In this document: positions 9,653 through 19,112 of the stretch, piece after piece | How the letters are laid out: every line of letters starts with the position of its first letter | Numbering within the stretch: position 1 is the first letter of the stretch | From: Candidatus Latescibacterota bacterium | GTDB taxonomy: Bacteria; Latescibacterota; UBA2968; GCA-2709665 | Reading direction: 5' to 3' | NCBI GenBank assembly: GCA_963662665.2 | Contig: CAXXJS010000040.1 | Location: 256,001-320,000 of the forward strand | Length of the DNA stretch: 64,000 nucleotides | The notes under the pieces: model-generated | Told to the model about the DNA's origin: nothing | What the model saw: the letters and a program-made list of their open reading frames with translations, nothing else | Database searches by the model: none | Program-made: the position numbers and the translations under genes

Positions 9653-10465
9653 TTACAGTGCGGGCGTCTCCCCGGCGGGAAATATGATGAAACCCACTTC
9701 CGACGGGTGATCCTGAATCCATCTGTCATTGTCATATCTGCGAGCCCTTAATAAAACCATGACATCTCCCGCACACCCGGCGAATGTAACACTCAAGAGC
9801 AAGACCGACCAGATCGCGGGATCCCACAACAGCACCAAACCAGCAACGGGTGCGGTAACTATCATCGGCAAGACCGCGAATACCCGGAAAGCGCAGACCT
9901 TCATCGGTCTGTCGGCGTGACAGTACAGCGCCCCCAATCGCCAATTGATTCCAAAGTGCAGCGATCTTATTGGGACTCTTGCCCAAGTCAACGCGGCAAG
10001 GCCGTGAATCGCTTCGTGAGTCACAAACAGGGCGATTATACATCCAATCAATTTCCATAGATCGGCGAGCGGGAATTGCAACTCAATTGCCCAGAGAAGC
10101 AAGGCATCTACCACGACGATAGACATTCCCGAAAACCATAACATCAAAAAGGACAGGTTGTGGATATCTTCTTTGTAAAATACCACTTCGGAGACCTTTT
10201 GATTCTCGGCCGTATCTATTTCGCCCGTGCTCGCCTCAAGGAGTACGGAGAGTGCGGTCACCATTCCCGCTGCAGTTACGAAGAATTTTCCTCGGAAGAT
10301 AATAAACGAGACTGCCTGAACAACCAGGACCGCCAGCAGAATGGCTAATTCGATTTGAAAGACGTATCTGAGAATCAGCATGGCAGGCAAAACGGAAAAT
10401 AACCCGTACAATATAGCCGTGAGAATCCAACGACTCCACATTCCCCCTGGGAGGAAATCCTTCAT
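9653..10465 (-). CDS. DUF3267-like membrane zincin metalloprotease with extra N-terminal TM helices
   Basis: HEAIHG, LYCH, GCAGD and IQDHPSEVG motifs. Confidence 0.85.
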   Translation of the reverse strand: MKDFLPGGMWSRWILTAILYGLFSVLPAMLILRYVFQIELAILLAVLVVQAVSFIIFRGKFFVTAAGMVTALSVLLEASTGEIDTAENQKVSEVVFYKEDIHNLSFLMLWFSGMSIVVVDALLLWAIELQFPLADLWKLIGCIIALFVTHEAIHGLAALTWARVPIRSLHFGINWRLGALYCHADRPMKVCAFRVFAVLPMIVTAPVAGLVLLWDPAIWSVLLLSVTFAGCAGDVMVLLRARRYDNDRWIQDHPSEVGFIIFPAGETPAL

Positions 10466-10563
10466 CCGGGAACTCCGATCTTATGTCAATCGACTCTTTT
10501 ATAGGGCAGGTGCGTGCCTCCTGATCTGTTCCTGGCATAAATCGAGAAACAGCCGGACAGCGG

Positions 10564-11418
10564 CTATTCGCTTTCTCCTGGCGTTTCTCCCGTCTCAATC
10601 GCGTCCGGTGCGGCTGATTTGGTGTTTTGAGAAACCCGGTAAAACCACCACAGTCCAAGAGCAGCCAGCGCCACCCCGGTTGCACTGAACCACCAGGGAT
10701 TGAAAACCACGACGTTCAGGTCTTCTGCCACCTCGAAATATGGTATTTCGAAACGCAAAGCCGTCACTCCAATGAAATTGTTCAATGCGTGGCCGACCAG
10801 AGCAGGCCACAAGGATCCCGTCCGGATATACCACCAGGCGAATACGAACCCGTACAGTAGGGCCGGGGGAAATTGCCAGGGGTTCAGATGGCCCACGCCA
10901 AACAGAAATGCCGACCAGAAAATCGCCCGGTTCCTGGTATAGTGTGCCAGCAAACCGGTAAATATCGCGCCTCTGTATAGTAACTCTTCGACGGACGGTG
11001 CGACAAACACTGCACGGAATACGGCTGAGGAATAAGATGTCTTGCGCCCGAACTCCGATCCAAAAATATCCTGGATGAAATCGGTCATCGGAATTAGGCG
11101 AATCACCACTTTGTCCAATTCCAATAGAACCATCCCCAGGCCAACGATCGAAATTGCCACACAAGGCCATACGCGCCAATCAAAGTCCGTATTCACCATT
11201 TGCGATAGGTCTTTCCATGTTCGATCCGTGCGGCGGAAGACATAACGCAAGAAAACGTAATAAACCACCAGAGTTAGACCTCCAGTCAAGAGGTTTTCGT
11301 GTCGAAAACTCTCGCCAAGGATGGTCTGTACAAAGTGGATGATGAGTCCCAAGACAAATTGTGTTATCCAGAATAGTACCACTAACCAGATGGACTGCCG
11401 CAAGTTCGGATACGCCAT
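10564..11418 (-). CDS. CPBP/CAAX protease, paralog 3
   Basis: EELLYRG, FGVGH and GHALNN motifs; a stretch of 3' DNA is identical to paralog 2. Confidence 0.9.
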   Translation of the reverse strand: MAYPNLRQSIWLVVLFWITQFVLGLIIHFVQTILGESFRHENLLTGGLTLVVYYVFLRYVFRRTDRTWKDLSQMVNTDFDWRVWPCVAISIVGLGMVLLELDKVVIRLIPMTDFIQDIFGSEFGRKTSYSSAVFRAVFVAPSVEELLYRGAIFTGLLAHYTRNRAIFWSAFLFGVGHLNPWQFPPALLYGFVFAWWYIRTGSLWPALVGHALNNFIGVTALRFEIPYFEVAEDLNVVVFNPWWFSATGVALAALGLWWFYRVSQNTKSAAPDAIETGETPGESE

Positions 11419-11650
11419 TCGAATATCCTATCATTAGACGTCACGGACCGTTGTTTCCCGTGTGGCCGGAAACTCTAACCGGATCGTGCCTAGAGAAAAA
11501 AGCGACGCAACATTATGTTCTGGAAAAACCATTTACACTACAATCTGCCCGTTCCTCCAGCCTGCCTAATAACCTGAGAGATTGCGAGCGATAAAATGCA
11601 CATAGAGCCGATTTCTCCGCAGCGGCTCCTCTCCGCCGCGCAAGGCTGAA

Positions 11651-12256
11651 TCACTCGAATGGGGTCTGCCCGTCCGGCCAGATGAAACATCCAGGTTCTG
11701 ACGGGTGATCTTTTACCCACAGGTCGCTACGATAATCCTGGACCCTAAAATACGTCAATACATCTGCTGCACTGGCCGAAAATGCTAGACAGAACAAAAA
11801 AAGTGTCCAGATGGCCGGATCCAACAAAAGCACAAGACCGGTCACCGCCGTGGTGACCCCGAGAGGCAGAAGCAAAAAGACACGAAACGCACCCATCCTT
11901 ATCGGTCGCGAAAAATGGCAATAGGGGGCGAGCCATTTCCATTTGAATCCGAAACGAATCGAACTGAATGGGACGTTGCCCCACTGCAATGCGGCAAAGG
12001 CGTGTAGCGCCTCATGAAAGACGACGACCAGAATTGCGCAAGCCAGAAACATCCAGCGGTCGCGATTGGTGAAGCGGAAATCGATTTCCCATAAATTGAC
12101 CATCTCGCCTACGAAAACAAGAGTAGAAGCGAACCAGAACATTACTAAGGAAAAAACGACCATATAGACTTTGTTTACGCGTACCTCAAGAATCTCGTGC
12201 CCGATCTTATCTCGATCGCGAAATCGCCCCGAATCGACCTCATCATTCGTCGGCAT
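11651..12256 (-). CDS. DUF3267-like membrane zincin metalloprotease
   Basis: HEALHA, PYCH, SAAD and KDHPSEPG motifs; start chosen after a GAGGA RBS. Confidence 0.85.
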   Translation of the reverse strand: MPTNDEVDSGRFRDRDKIGHEILEVRVNKVYMVVFSLVMFWFASTLVFVGEMVNLWEIDFRFTNRDRWMFLACAILVVVFHEALHAFAALQWGNVPFSSIRFGFKWKWLAPYCHFSRPIRMGAFRVFLLLPLGVTTAVTGLVLLLDPAIWTLFLFCLAFSASAADVLTYFRVQDYRSDLWVKDHPSEPGCFIWPDGQTPFE

Positions 12257-12471
12257 TTCATCCTCACGCTTCCGTGTCCGAATCAAGATTGCAACACCTG
12301 CCAGGTTTCGTGATTGTGACACTCGGATGATGGAAATCCGGAGCCGCAAAGCAGGGAAGCATTGGAGACTTCTCGAATGGCAACGGCGTCAGGACCGGTG
12401 CAGGCTCCCAAATGCGAACCCACACCGGTCGCGTCAGACACTGGCTACGGGATCTTTCCGACTTGTCGCTC

Positions 12472-12765
12472 TCAGAGATTCGACATCCCGTCAGCCATGC
12501 CGGACATTAGGTCGCCGGCGACGAAGTCGAGGGCGTCGCGGGCCCTGTCGTAATACCATCTAGCAGTTTCAGGTATTCCTGTCGGATTAGTAACAATATT
12601 GACGGCGAGACCAACAACAAAACCGACAAATATCGGATTCAGTCCGCCTGATATTTCGGCCATGAATTGTTCACTTAACACTTCTTGCTTCGTTGGCAGG
12701 GCCGTACTCACAGAGAATCCGTAATTGCCATTTGTCGCCAATGGAATAGCCAATCCATGAGTCAT
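12472..12765 (-). CDS. Double-glycine leader peptide precursor A (bacteriocin-like)
   Basis: AGGAGG RBS. Leader ends LSEQFMAEISGG (L-12, M-7, I-4). The 56-aa core starts hydrophobic with a GxxxG motif. Confidence 0.8.
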   Translation of the reverse strand: MTHGLAIPLATNGNYGFSVSTALPTKQEVLSEQFMAEISGGLNPIFVGFVVGLAVNIVTNPTGIPETARWYYDRARDALDFVAGDLMSGMADGMSNL

Positions 12766-12865
12766 GATGTCCTCCTGAAGAGTTAATGGGACTTGCTGTT
12801 TTGCATCAAATTAACCCGAATCGTCACGTTACGGTAGCGGTGTCTATTCCCGACGGTCATTGGGT

Positions 12866-13099
12866 TCAAGAATCGTGTTGTACTCTTCGTCGGGATGTCA
12901 GATCCCGTGCTCCTTCGATAACCTTAGCGGTCGATCTGCGTCTGATTATCCAGGATCCACCGGACCCCAATGTAACATGGACCGACGCTCTATCACGGCC
13001 TTTCTCGGCCGCTTCGGCGAGGCCCCGGCAGGACCCGTCGCCCGACACTGAATGCAACTTGGGCAATTCTTCGTTGGATTGAATTGTGGACGATTCCAT
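12866..13099 (-). CDS. Possible degenerate fourth precursor / hypothetical peptide
   Basis: Lies between precursors on the same strand. SNEELPKLHSVSGD loosely resembles a GG leader; RBS is weak. Confidence 0.2.
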   Translation of the reverse strand: MESSTIQSNEELPKLHSVSGDGSCRGLAEAAEKGRDRASVHVTLGSGGSWIIRRRSTAKVIEGARDLTSRRRVQHDS

Positions 13100-13193
13100 G
13101 TGGGTTCACGGAATCTTCTGAGAAGCCAACTACATCAGTAGTCGATTTCGGCAGGATAAATTACTTTCCGCCTGACAGACCCCACACTCGATT

Positions 13194-13394
13194 TCAGTCG
13201 TCGAAATAATCGACGATGGCCTCTACCGCCATTATGACAAGGCTCGTCCTTAAAAAACCTCCCCCAACGGGTAACAAACCAATTCCACCAGATGCATTCC
13301 TCATTTCGCGCCGCACAAGATTGGTTTCCCGACCTGGAAGTTGGGCACAGTTCGCGAAGGCCTGCACGGGTTGCAGCTGAATTCGCTCTGTCAT
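13194..13394 (-). CDS. Double-glycine leader peptide precursor B
   Basis: AAAGGA RBS; leader ends LVRREMRNASGG; core IGLLPVGGGFLRTSLVIMAVEAIVDYFDD. Confidence 0.7.
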   Translation of the reverse strand: MTERIQLQPVQAFANCAQLPGRETNLVRREMRNASGGIGLLPVGGGFLRTSLVIMAVEAIVDYFDD

Positions 13395-13475
13395 TTCACC
13401 ACGTCCTTTCTGTTTTGTTTCTGTTATGAACACGTGAGTTTTCCATCCGAACTTTATCTAAGTGCTTCAACTCCA

Positions 13476-13682
13476 CTACAGGACCGGACCGGACGACCTG
13501 TCCGGCTCCGGCAACGTTACGCCGAAAATTTCAGCGACCAGATCTCTGATGAGGCGCCCAAGCCCGGCGTCTCCACCGGAGATTTGCGCGGTCTGCCAGG
13601 CGGTCAAGTCCTCCGTCTGAATCGGCAACCGAGACGGAATTCCGGAAGCGTCCGCAGGGCCTGATACAATTCGTCTGCTCAT
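13476..13682 (-). CDS. Double-glycine leader peptide precursor C
   Basis: Strong AAGGAGGT RBS; leader ends LTAWQTAQISGG; amphipathic core DAGLGRLIRDLVAEIFGV... Confidence 0.75.
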   Translation of the reverse strand: MSRRIVSGPADASGIPSRLPIQTEDLTAWQTAQISGGDAGLGRLIRDLVAEIFGVTLPEPDRSSGPVL

Positions 13683-13910
13683 GTCTATCACCTCCTTTCG
13701 TCGACATCCCCGCGATATCCAGTCCGTCTCCATTATCTCTGTTCGTGTAGCTGGATCCGCATCGCTGAGATGCCTTGATGTCCGAAGCGCTTCGTATGCC
13801 TCTTTTGCGATTACGGCACACGCCCCGATCGGGCGGCTTCGGTTGCAAATATCGGCAATTACCTGTTACGCGACACCCGCTGCCGGTGACTCCGTCGACG
13901 CATTGAACTC

Positions 13911-13925
13911 GCAAGGATTGTGCCA
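13911..13925 (-). promoter_or_regulatory. sigma54 (-24/-12) promoter upstream of the precursor genes
   Basis: TGGCAC-AATCC-TTGC on the minus strand, about 230 nt before precursor C. Confidence 0.6.
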
Positions 13926-14250
13926 CTCCCCATGCCCCGACGCATAACTGTCTGGCTTGCAAACGCGGATTATTTTTGAACTGTTGTCAGGTTGCCGTGG
14001 CGCCGCTCGTTCTTGAAAAATGTGTTCCACTTCTCGTTACTAAAACGAAACGATGTTGCATTTTGGACGACGACGAATACACCGTGAAGCATTGCAAAAA
14101 AAAGACACCGGCGACAAGAGCCACCGATGTTCGATCCAATAAGAAACTTCAGATGGGAAATTTCAGCCTACGCTCGGCGGGCAATCTCGCGAAGGGTATC
14201 TGGTCAACAAAACGCAATGTCGACCAGCGAACTACCCGTTAAGAAACTTA

Positions 14251-14442
14251 CCTTGATTCGCAATTCTTCGGGGAAGTAAAACCGAATATATGCAAGTAGA
14301 TAAAGGCGATTTGACTTCGAATTACCAGGATACACCAGGTCACTGGACGTGAACTGAAAAAACGTCCTTTTTTGACGACCGTTACGCCCCGTTTCAGGGG
14401 TTTTCGTCTCGTCGCCGAGTTGCTGTTTTTTTCTAATTGAGG
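14251..14442 (+). mobile_element. MITE copy 2 (intron-free, 192 bp)
   Basis: Direct-orientation copy of 1827-1839/2596-2773; flanks are CTTA / CTAA. Confidence 0.8.
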
Positions 14443-14489
14443 CTAAACATTGACTGACGCCAGATTCCGACTGAACCGGCGCCCGGCGA

Positions 14490-14600
14490 GGTCCGGTTCA
14501 GTTGCTCGACGTCGATTTTCGCCATTCCCGGCATCGCATCCATCACTGCCGATGGATCGCGCTCCTTCAGCTGCGGAACTGCCTGTACTAAAATGGTAAG
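14490..14600 (-). pseudogene. C-terminal remnant of a VOC/PhnB-like protein
   Basis: QAVPQLKERDPSAVMDAMPGMAKIDVEQL resembles the 'VMxAMxxMxKIDIxxL' tail of PhnB-like proteins. Confidence 0.35.
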
Positions 14601-14830
14601 GCCCCTCGCTCGACCGTTACGATAATACAATCAAACGTCGCGGGTTGCGTAGACGCAGTCCCGCCAGCGACATCCCGTTACTGTTGCCGAGGTTCGGGGA
14701 TATCGTTAAACTTGGTAAGACTGACACAGAGCAGTCCGCATCGCATTCTTGAAATGAAGCAACGGAGCGACAGCGTCAGGTATCGCATCAGGGACCCTGT
14801 CACGCCACCACACGCAACCCGACGACATCT

Positions 14831-15271
14831 ATGCGACGATACCGAAAATTCCTGTCACCGACGTACGTAAAATTCGTGATCACCGGCCTATCGGGCGTGT
14901 TTGTCAATCTCGGTTCGTTTCAGATGATGCTGAGTCTCGGTGTGCACGAATTGCTGGCGTCGCCGATTGCGATCGAGCTGTCGATCATCTCGAATTTCCT
15001 GCTCAACAACTACTGGACCTTCCGTTACCGCGCGCTGGCCGAAAAAAAACGCGTTCGGGGCTTGAAGTATCACTTCGTTTCGCTGCTGACCCTGTTGCTC
15101 AGCTACGGCACGTTCGTATTGCTTTCCTTCCTCTTTCCGGATGTGCCGCTGGTGATCCTGCAGGGATGCGCGATCGCACCGGCCGGCGTACTCAACTACT
15201 CCGCCAATTCTCTTTGGACGTTTCGCGAGGCGCCTCCTGAGGGTAAAGACGATGTCCGGAACGGAGCCTGA
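14831..15271 (+). CDS. GtrA family protein
   Basis: KFVITGLSGVFVN...NFLLNNYWTF...NYSANSLWTF motifs. Confidence 0.9.
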   Translation: MRRYRKFLSPTYVKFVITGLSGVFVNLGSFQMMLSLGVHELLASPIAIELSIISNFLLNNYWTFRYRALAEKKRVRGLKYHFVSLLTLLLSYGTFVLLSFLFPDVPLVILQGCAIAPAGVLNYSANSLWTFREAPPEGKDDVRNGA

Positions 15272-17320
15272 TGGTTCGCGCACACGCCGGAAATGAGTCG
15301 TTCGACCCGATCCGCGACGGCATCGCGCTGGCTGCGTCCCTGGTCGCACCGCTCGTGCTGTATGTACTGACGATGCCGCGCACCGTTGTCCTGGAGGACG
15401 ACGGGCTGTTTCTGATGGCTGGTGCGCACCTGGGCGTGGCCCACCCCCCCTGGATATCCGCTCTATACGCTCATTGTCTATCTCTTCACGCAATTGCCCT
15501 TCGGCAATGCCGCCTTCCTCGGCCATTTGTCCAGCGCGGTACTGGGCGCGCTTGCGTGCGGCTGCCTCTACGCGTGCGGTCGTCTGATTGGCGCCTCGTC
15601 CATTCCCGCCCTCTCCGCCTCCCTGCTGTTCGCCGCCTCGGAACACTTCTGGTCTCAGGCCATTGTCACCGAGGTCTATACGCTCAATGCGCTGCTTTTC
15701 TTCGGGCTTTACGCGCTGCTCCTGTTCGGTATCCGCCAACCTCACCGTAACGGCATCTGGATCATCGCCGCCGCGGCTTACGGATTGAACCTGGCCAATC
15801 ACGTGCCGCTGACCGTGCTATCAACGCCGGGACTCGTGTTGCTGGCCTTTACCGTTCGGCGGACACTGTACAAGAAGCTCCCGATACTCTTCACCATTCT
15901 CGTGTGTTGCGCGGCATTGCCCTATGCATGGATGGTATGGCGGTCGCATCAGAACATTCTGATCAATTTCTACGGCTCGATCGATACCCTGAAGGACTTC
16001 TGGTTCTACTTCAGCCGCCAGGGGTATATCGAAGTCGATATCAGTCCCAGCGCGGGGTGGGACGACCGGTTCAAGTTCATGCAGTGGCTTGGCAACGAGT
16101 TCCTGTGGCAATTGACGCTGCCGGGATTCGCGCTCGCAGTCTTAGGCCTGGTCATCCTGTTCCGGAGGCGACAGGCCGCAATTGCCTGGTCCGGAGCGTT
16201 GGTCTTTCTCACGAACAGCATCGTGCTGATTGTACTGCTGCGCTTCGATTTTGACTTCTTCCAGGTTGCGGTTTTCCGGCCCTATTCACTGTCGTGCTAC
16301 GGCATCCAGGCGTTGTGGCTGGGAATCGGTTTGCAGGTTGCTCATGCCTGGCTGGCAGGAACCGTCTCCGCCAAAACAGGCCATGGGCCGAAGTTGAAAA
16401 TATGCGTGGCAACGCTCTTCGGGATCGTTCTCGTCTGGTGGTCTGTCATTTCTCACTGGCAGTCCAACGACAGAGCGGACAGCGACTTCGCAAAGCGGTA
16501 TGCTGAAGTGCAACTGGACCTGTTGCCGGAAGACGCTATCCTCTTTGTCTTCGGAGATACAACCGGCCCTATCGGCTACTATCGATACGTCGAAAACCGG
16601 CGTCCTGACGTCACACTATACAATCTGCAGGGTCTGGTATACGGCAAACGCCTCTTCGGCCCCTTCCTGCCAAAAGGCAAGAGGAAAGAAGCACTCGAAC
16701 AATTCATCGATTCTACCGATAAAAGGCTCTTTTTTCCAGTGGACGTCGATATCTACCCCAGCCGTCAGTTCCGGCTCTACGGCTTTCTCATGGAAGCTGT
16801 CAGGGACGGCCAACCCGGGAACATAAAGCTCAAGTACCACCCGCGCAGCGATGATTTCTTCGTTCAACTCACCGCACGACAACCGGTTGATCGCTGGGAA
16901 CGCGTCCGGAGAAACGAACTGTTGTTCCATTACGGGAGATACCTGGGATTGGTTGGGTTTACGGGCGACCCGATAGGCAAGCGAATGCAGGAATCACTCC
17001 GTCTAGTTGAAGGAAGCTACGCCTCTCTGCTCGGTCTGGCCTCCGTCGTCCTGGACAACGGTAACAGCGCCAACTGGGATCAGGTATCGGCGTGGCTGGC
17101 TAAGGCTGAGAACCTGAAGCATGAAGCACTCAAGAAGAAATCGCTGGCACAGCTATACTACCTGAAGGGAAACCTGTTGCAGAAGCAGGGTCAGACGAGT
17201 GCCGCCATCAGGGCTTTCAGGATGTCACTGGACGTATATCCTCATCCCGAAAACACGTCGTCCGATGCCCTCGATCAATACCGGATTGACTTCAAGCGGG
17301 TCAAACAGCCGCCTCGATAG
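15271..17320 (+). CDS. DUF2723 / TMEM260-like GT-C protein O-mannosyltransferase with C-terminal TPR (frameshift near 15450)
   Basis: EDDGLF...LGVAHPP in one frame continues as PGYPLY...FWSQAIVTEVY in the next frame. There is one extra C in a C7 run (15444-15450). Confidence 0.85.
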
Positions 17321-17710
17321 GTAGCATTATCCCCGCATCCCCACCTGCCGCGTATCCAATAATTCCCGCTCCTGTTGTCCCGACACGACGGTTCTTCCAG
17401 CAACATTTCGAACAGCATGCAAGGGAGTGTGCCGACCGTGGTAAGGTCTCGCGAAGCAACCGATGGTTATTGCCGGGCCTGGAGGGGAATTGCAGACTCA
17501 GAACCTCACGCGCGCACTCGTGTATTGCGCGTCTCGACGCAATTGTTGCCACTGTGGTGCAGAAGAAGATGGGAAAAAGGTCAACTGCGTTTCGCTAAGG
17601 GATGCTGCGAGGCGTTTCAGCGGAGGATCGATCGGACGGAACGGCAAGGATCGCAAGGCCAGATCGAGTATAGCGCTTCATGGGATAGCGCCCGACGCCC
17701 TGCGGCTCTT

Positions 17711-18124
17711 TCAGCCATGTATCCCGTCCAACTCCGGCAGAAGCCGGACGCTCTCCTGCTCATTGGGGTCGGTGCGGGTGATGACGGCGATGCAGGGTTC
17801 GGTCTCACTGGCGTTATACGGCAGGTGGGGAACGCCGGGCGGGATGTAGACGAAATCGCCGCTGTTGGCGCACATGTGTTCCTCCAGGTTGTCGCCGTAC
17901 CACATTCCTGACTCGCCGCTGATGACGTATACGGCGCTCTCGTGGCCTTCGTGCAGGTGTGGCCTGGAGCGTTCGCCCGGAGGGATTGACAGCAGATGCA
18001 TGCTGAGTCCCCGTGAGCCGGTGTTTTCGGCCGTGACACCCTTACGATATGTAAAGGCCTGCTTGCCGGTGAAAACGCCCTGCGAGCGAATCAGCTTGCA
18101 TGTCTGAGCGGTTGGCGACGGCAT
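17711..18124 (-). CDS. Cupin domain protein
   Basis: HLHEGHES...GDFVYIPPGVPH motifs. Confidence 0.9.
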   Translation of the reverse strand: MPSPTAQTCKLIRSQGVFTGKQAFTYRKGVTAENTGSRGLSMHLLSIPPGERSRPHLHEGHESAVYVISGESGMWYGDNLEEHMCANSGDFVYIPPGVPHLPYNASETEPCIAVITRTDPNEQESVRLLPELDGIHG

Positions 18125-18185
18125 TGTCCATCTCTCCCGGATATCACGACATTGTTGGCTTGATTGCCCACGTGTTTCGCGGGCA

Positions 18186-18953
18186 TTATGTCTTCACGGC
18201 TCGACAACAGAAAACCGGCCAGTAGAACTCGAAATCGTCTTTGCCCAGGCGTCGTATCCCGAACTCGCTCCTGACACCCTGAGACGCGGCCGCGAATTCA
18301 AGATGCAACCCGTCCTGCGCCGCCACAGGCGTCCCGGACCTCTCAACCCACTCCCGAAACGTCATGTCCACCCGTGTGTTTGCGGTATGGGTTATTTCGA
18401 AGCCCGTGTCGGCCACGTCCCTGCGCCAACCGGACGGCGTTGGCGCCGTCACATGGGTGGGATCCCGTTCCACCTCCACCCGATGATGCCACGCCGCGAC
18501 CTCCGGGTCTTCAGACGTCGTCGTGTCGCACAGAAGAAAGACGCCCCCCGGTCTCAACACGCGGTGGACTTCTGAAAGAAACCTGCCGATGTCCGGAAAA
18601 TGGTGGGGCGCCGTCCTGCACGTGACCAGGTCGAGAGATGCGTCCGGATACGAAATATCGCACGCATCGACAATTTCGAAGCGTACGTTGTCAATGCTCC
18701 GCTCTCCAGCGATTCTGCGGGCCTGGTCCAGCATCCCCGGCGCGATGTCCGATGCAACGATTGTGTCGCAGAATCCGGCAACCGAGAATGCCGTGAAACC
18801 GGGACCCGTGGCAATATCCAGTCCCAGGGTGTAGCGTTTGAGGGACGCCCAGGCCGTGAGGATGCGCAGACTTTCTCCTGATGCGTGCGCCTCGCTCACG
18901 GCGTATCTGGCCGCCTGGCGATTGAACTGCTCTCCAGCTGAATTCAATCTCAA
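18186..18953 (-). CDS. Class I SAM-dependent methyltransferase (UbiE-like)
   Basis: LDIATGPG, DLVTCR.APHHF and RVLRPGG motifs. Confidence 0.9.
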   Translation of the reverse strand: MRLNSAGEQFNRQAARYAVSEAHASGESLRILTAWASLKRYTLGLDIATGPGFTAFSVAGFCDTIVASDIAPGMLDQARRIAGERSIDNVRFEIVDACDISYPDASLDLVTCRTAPHHFPDIGRFLSEVHRVLRPGGVFLLCDTTTSEDPEVAAWHHRVEVERDPTHVTAPTPSGWRRDVADTGFEITHTANTRVDMTFREWVERSGTPVAAQDGLHLEFAAASQGVRSEFGIRRLGKDDFEFYWPVFCCRAVKT

Positions 18954-19112
18954 TCCCGCAGTTGTACTTTCTTCCTCAAGTCAGACGCCGATAATCCGGC
19001 ACGGTCGCCGCGACGCCGCTGGTGATGCACAAAAGGCAATCGACGCGCTATCGCACGGGTTCGGAGTACCACCCGGTACAGGCCCGTTGACGCGAAGGAA
19101 GCATGTTTCCTC

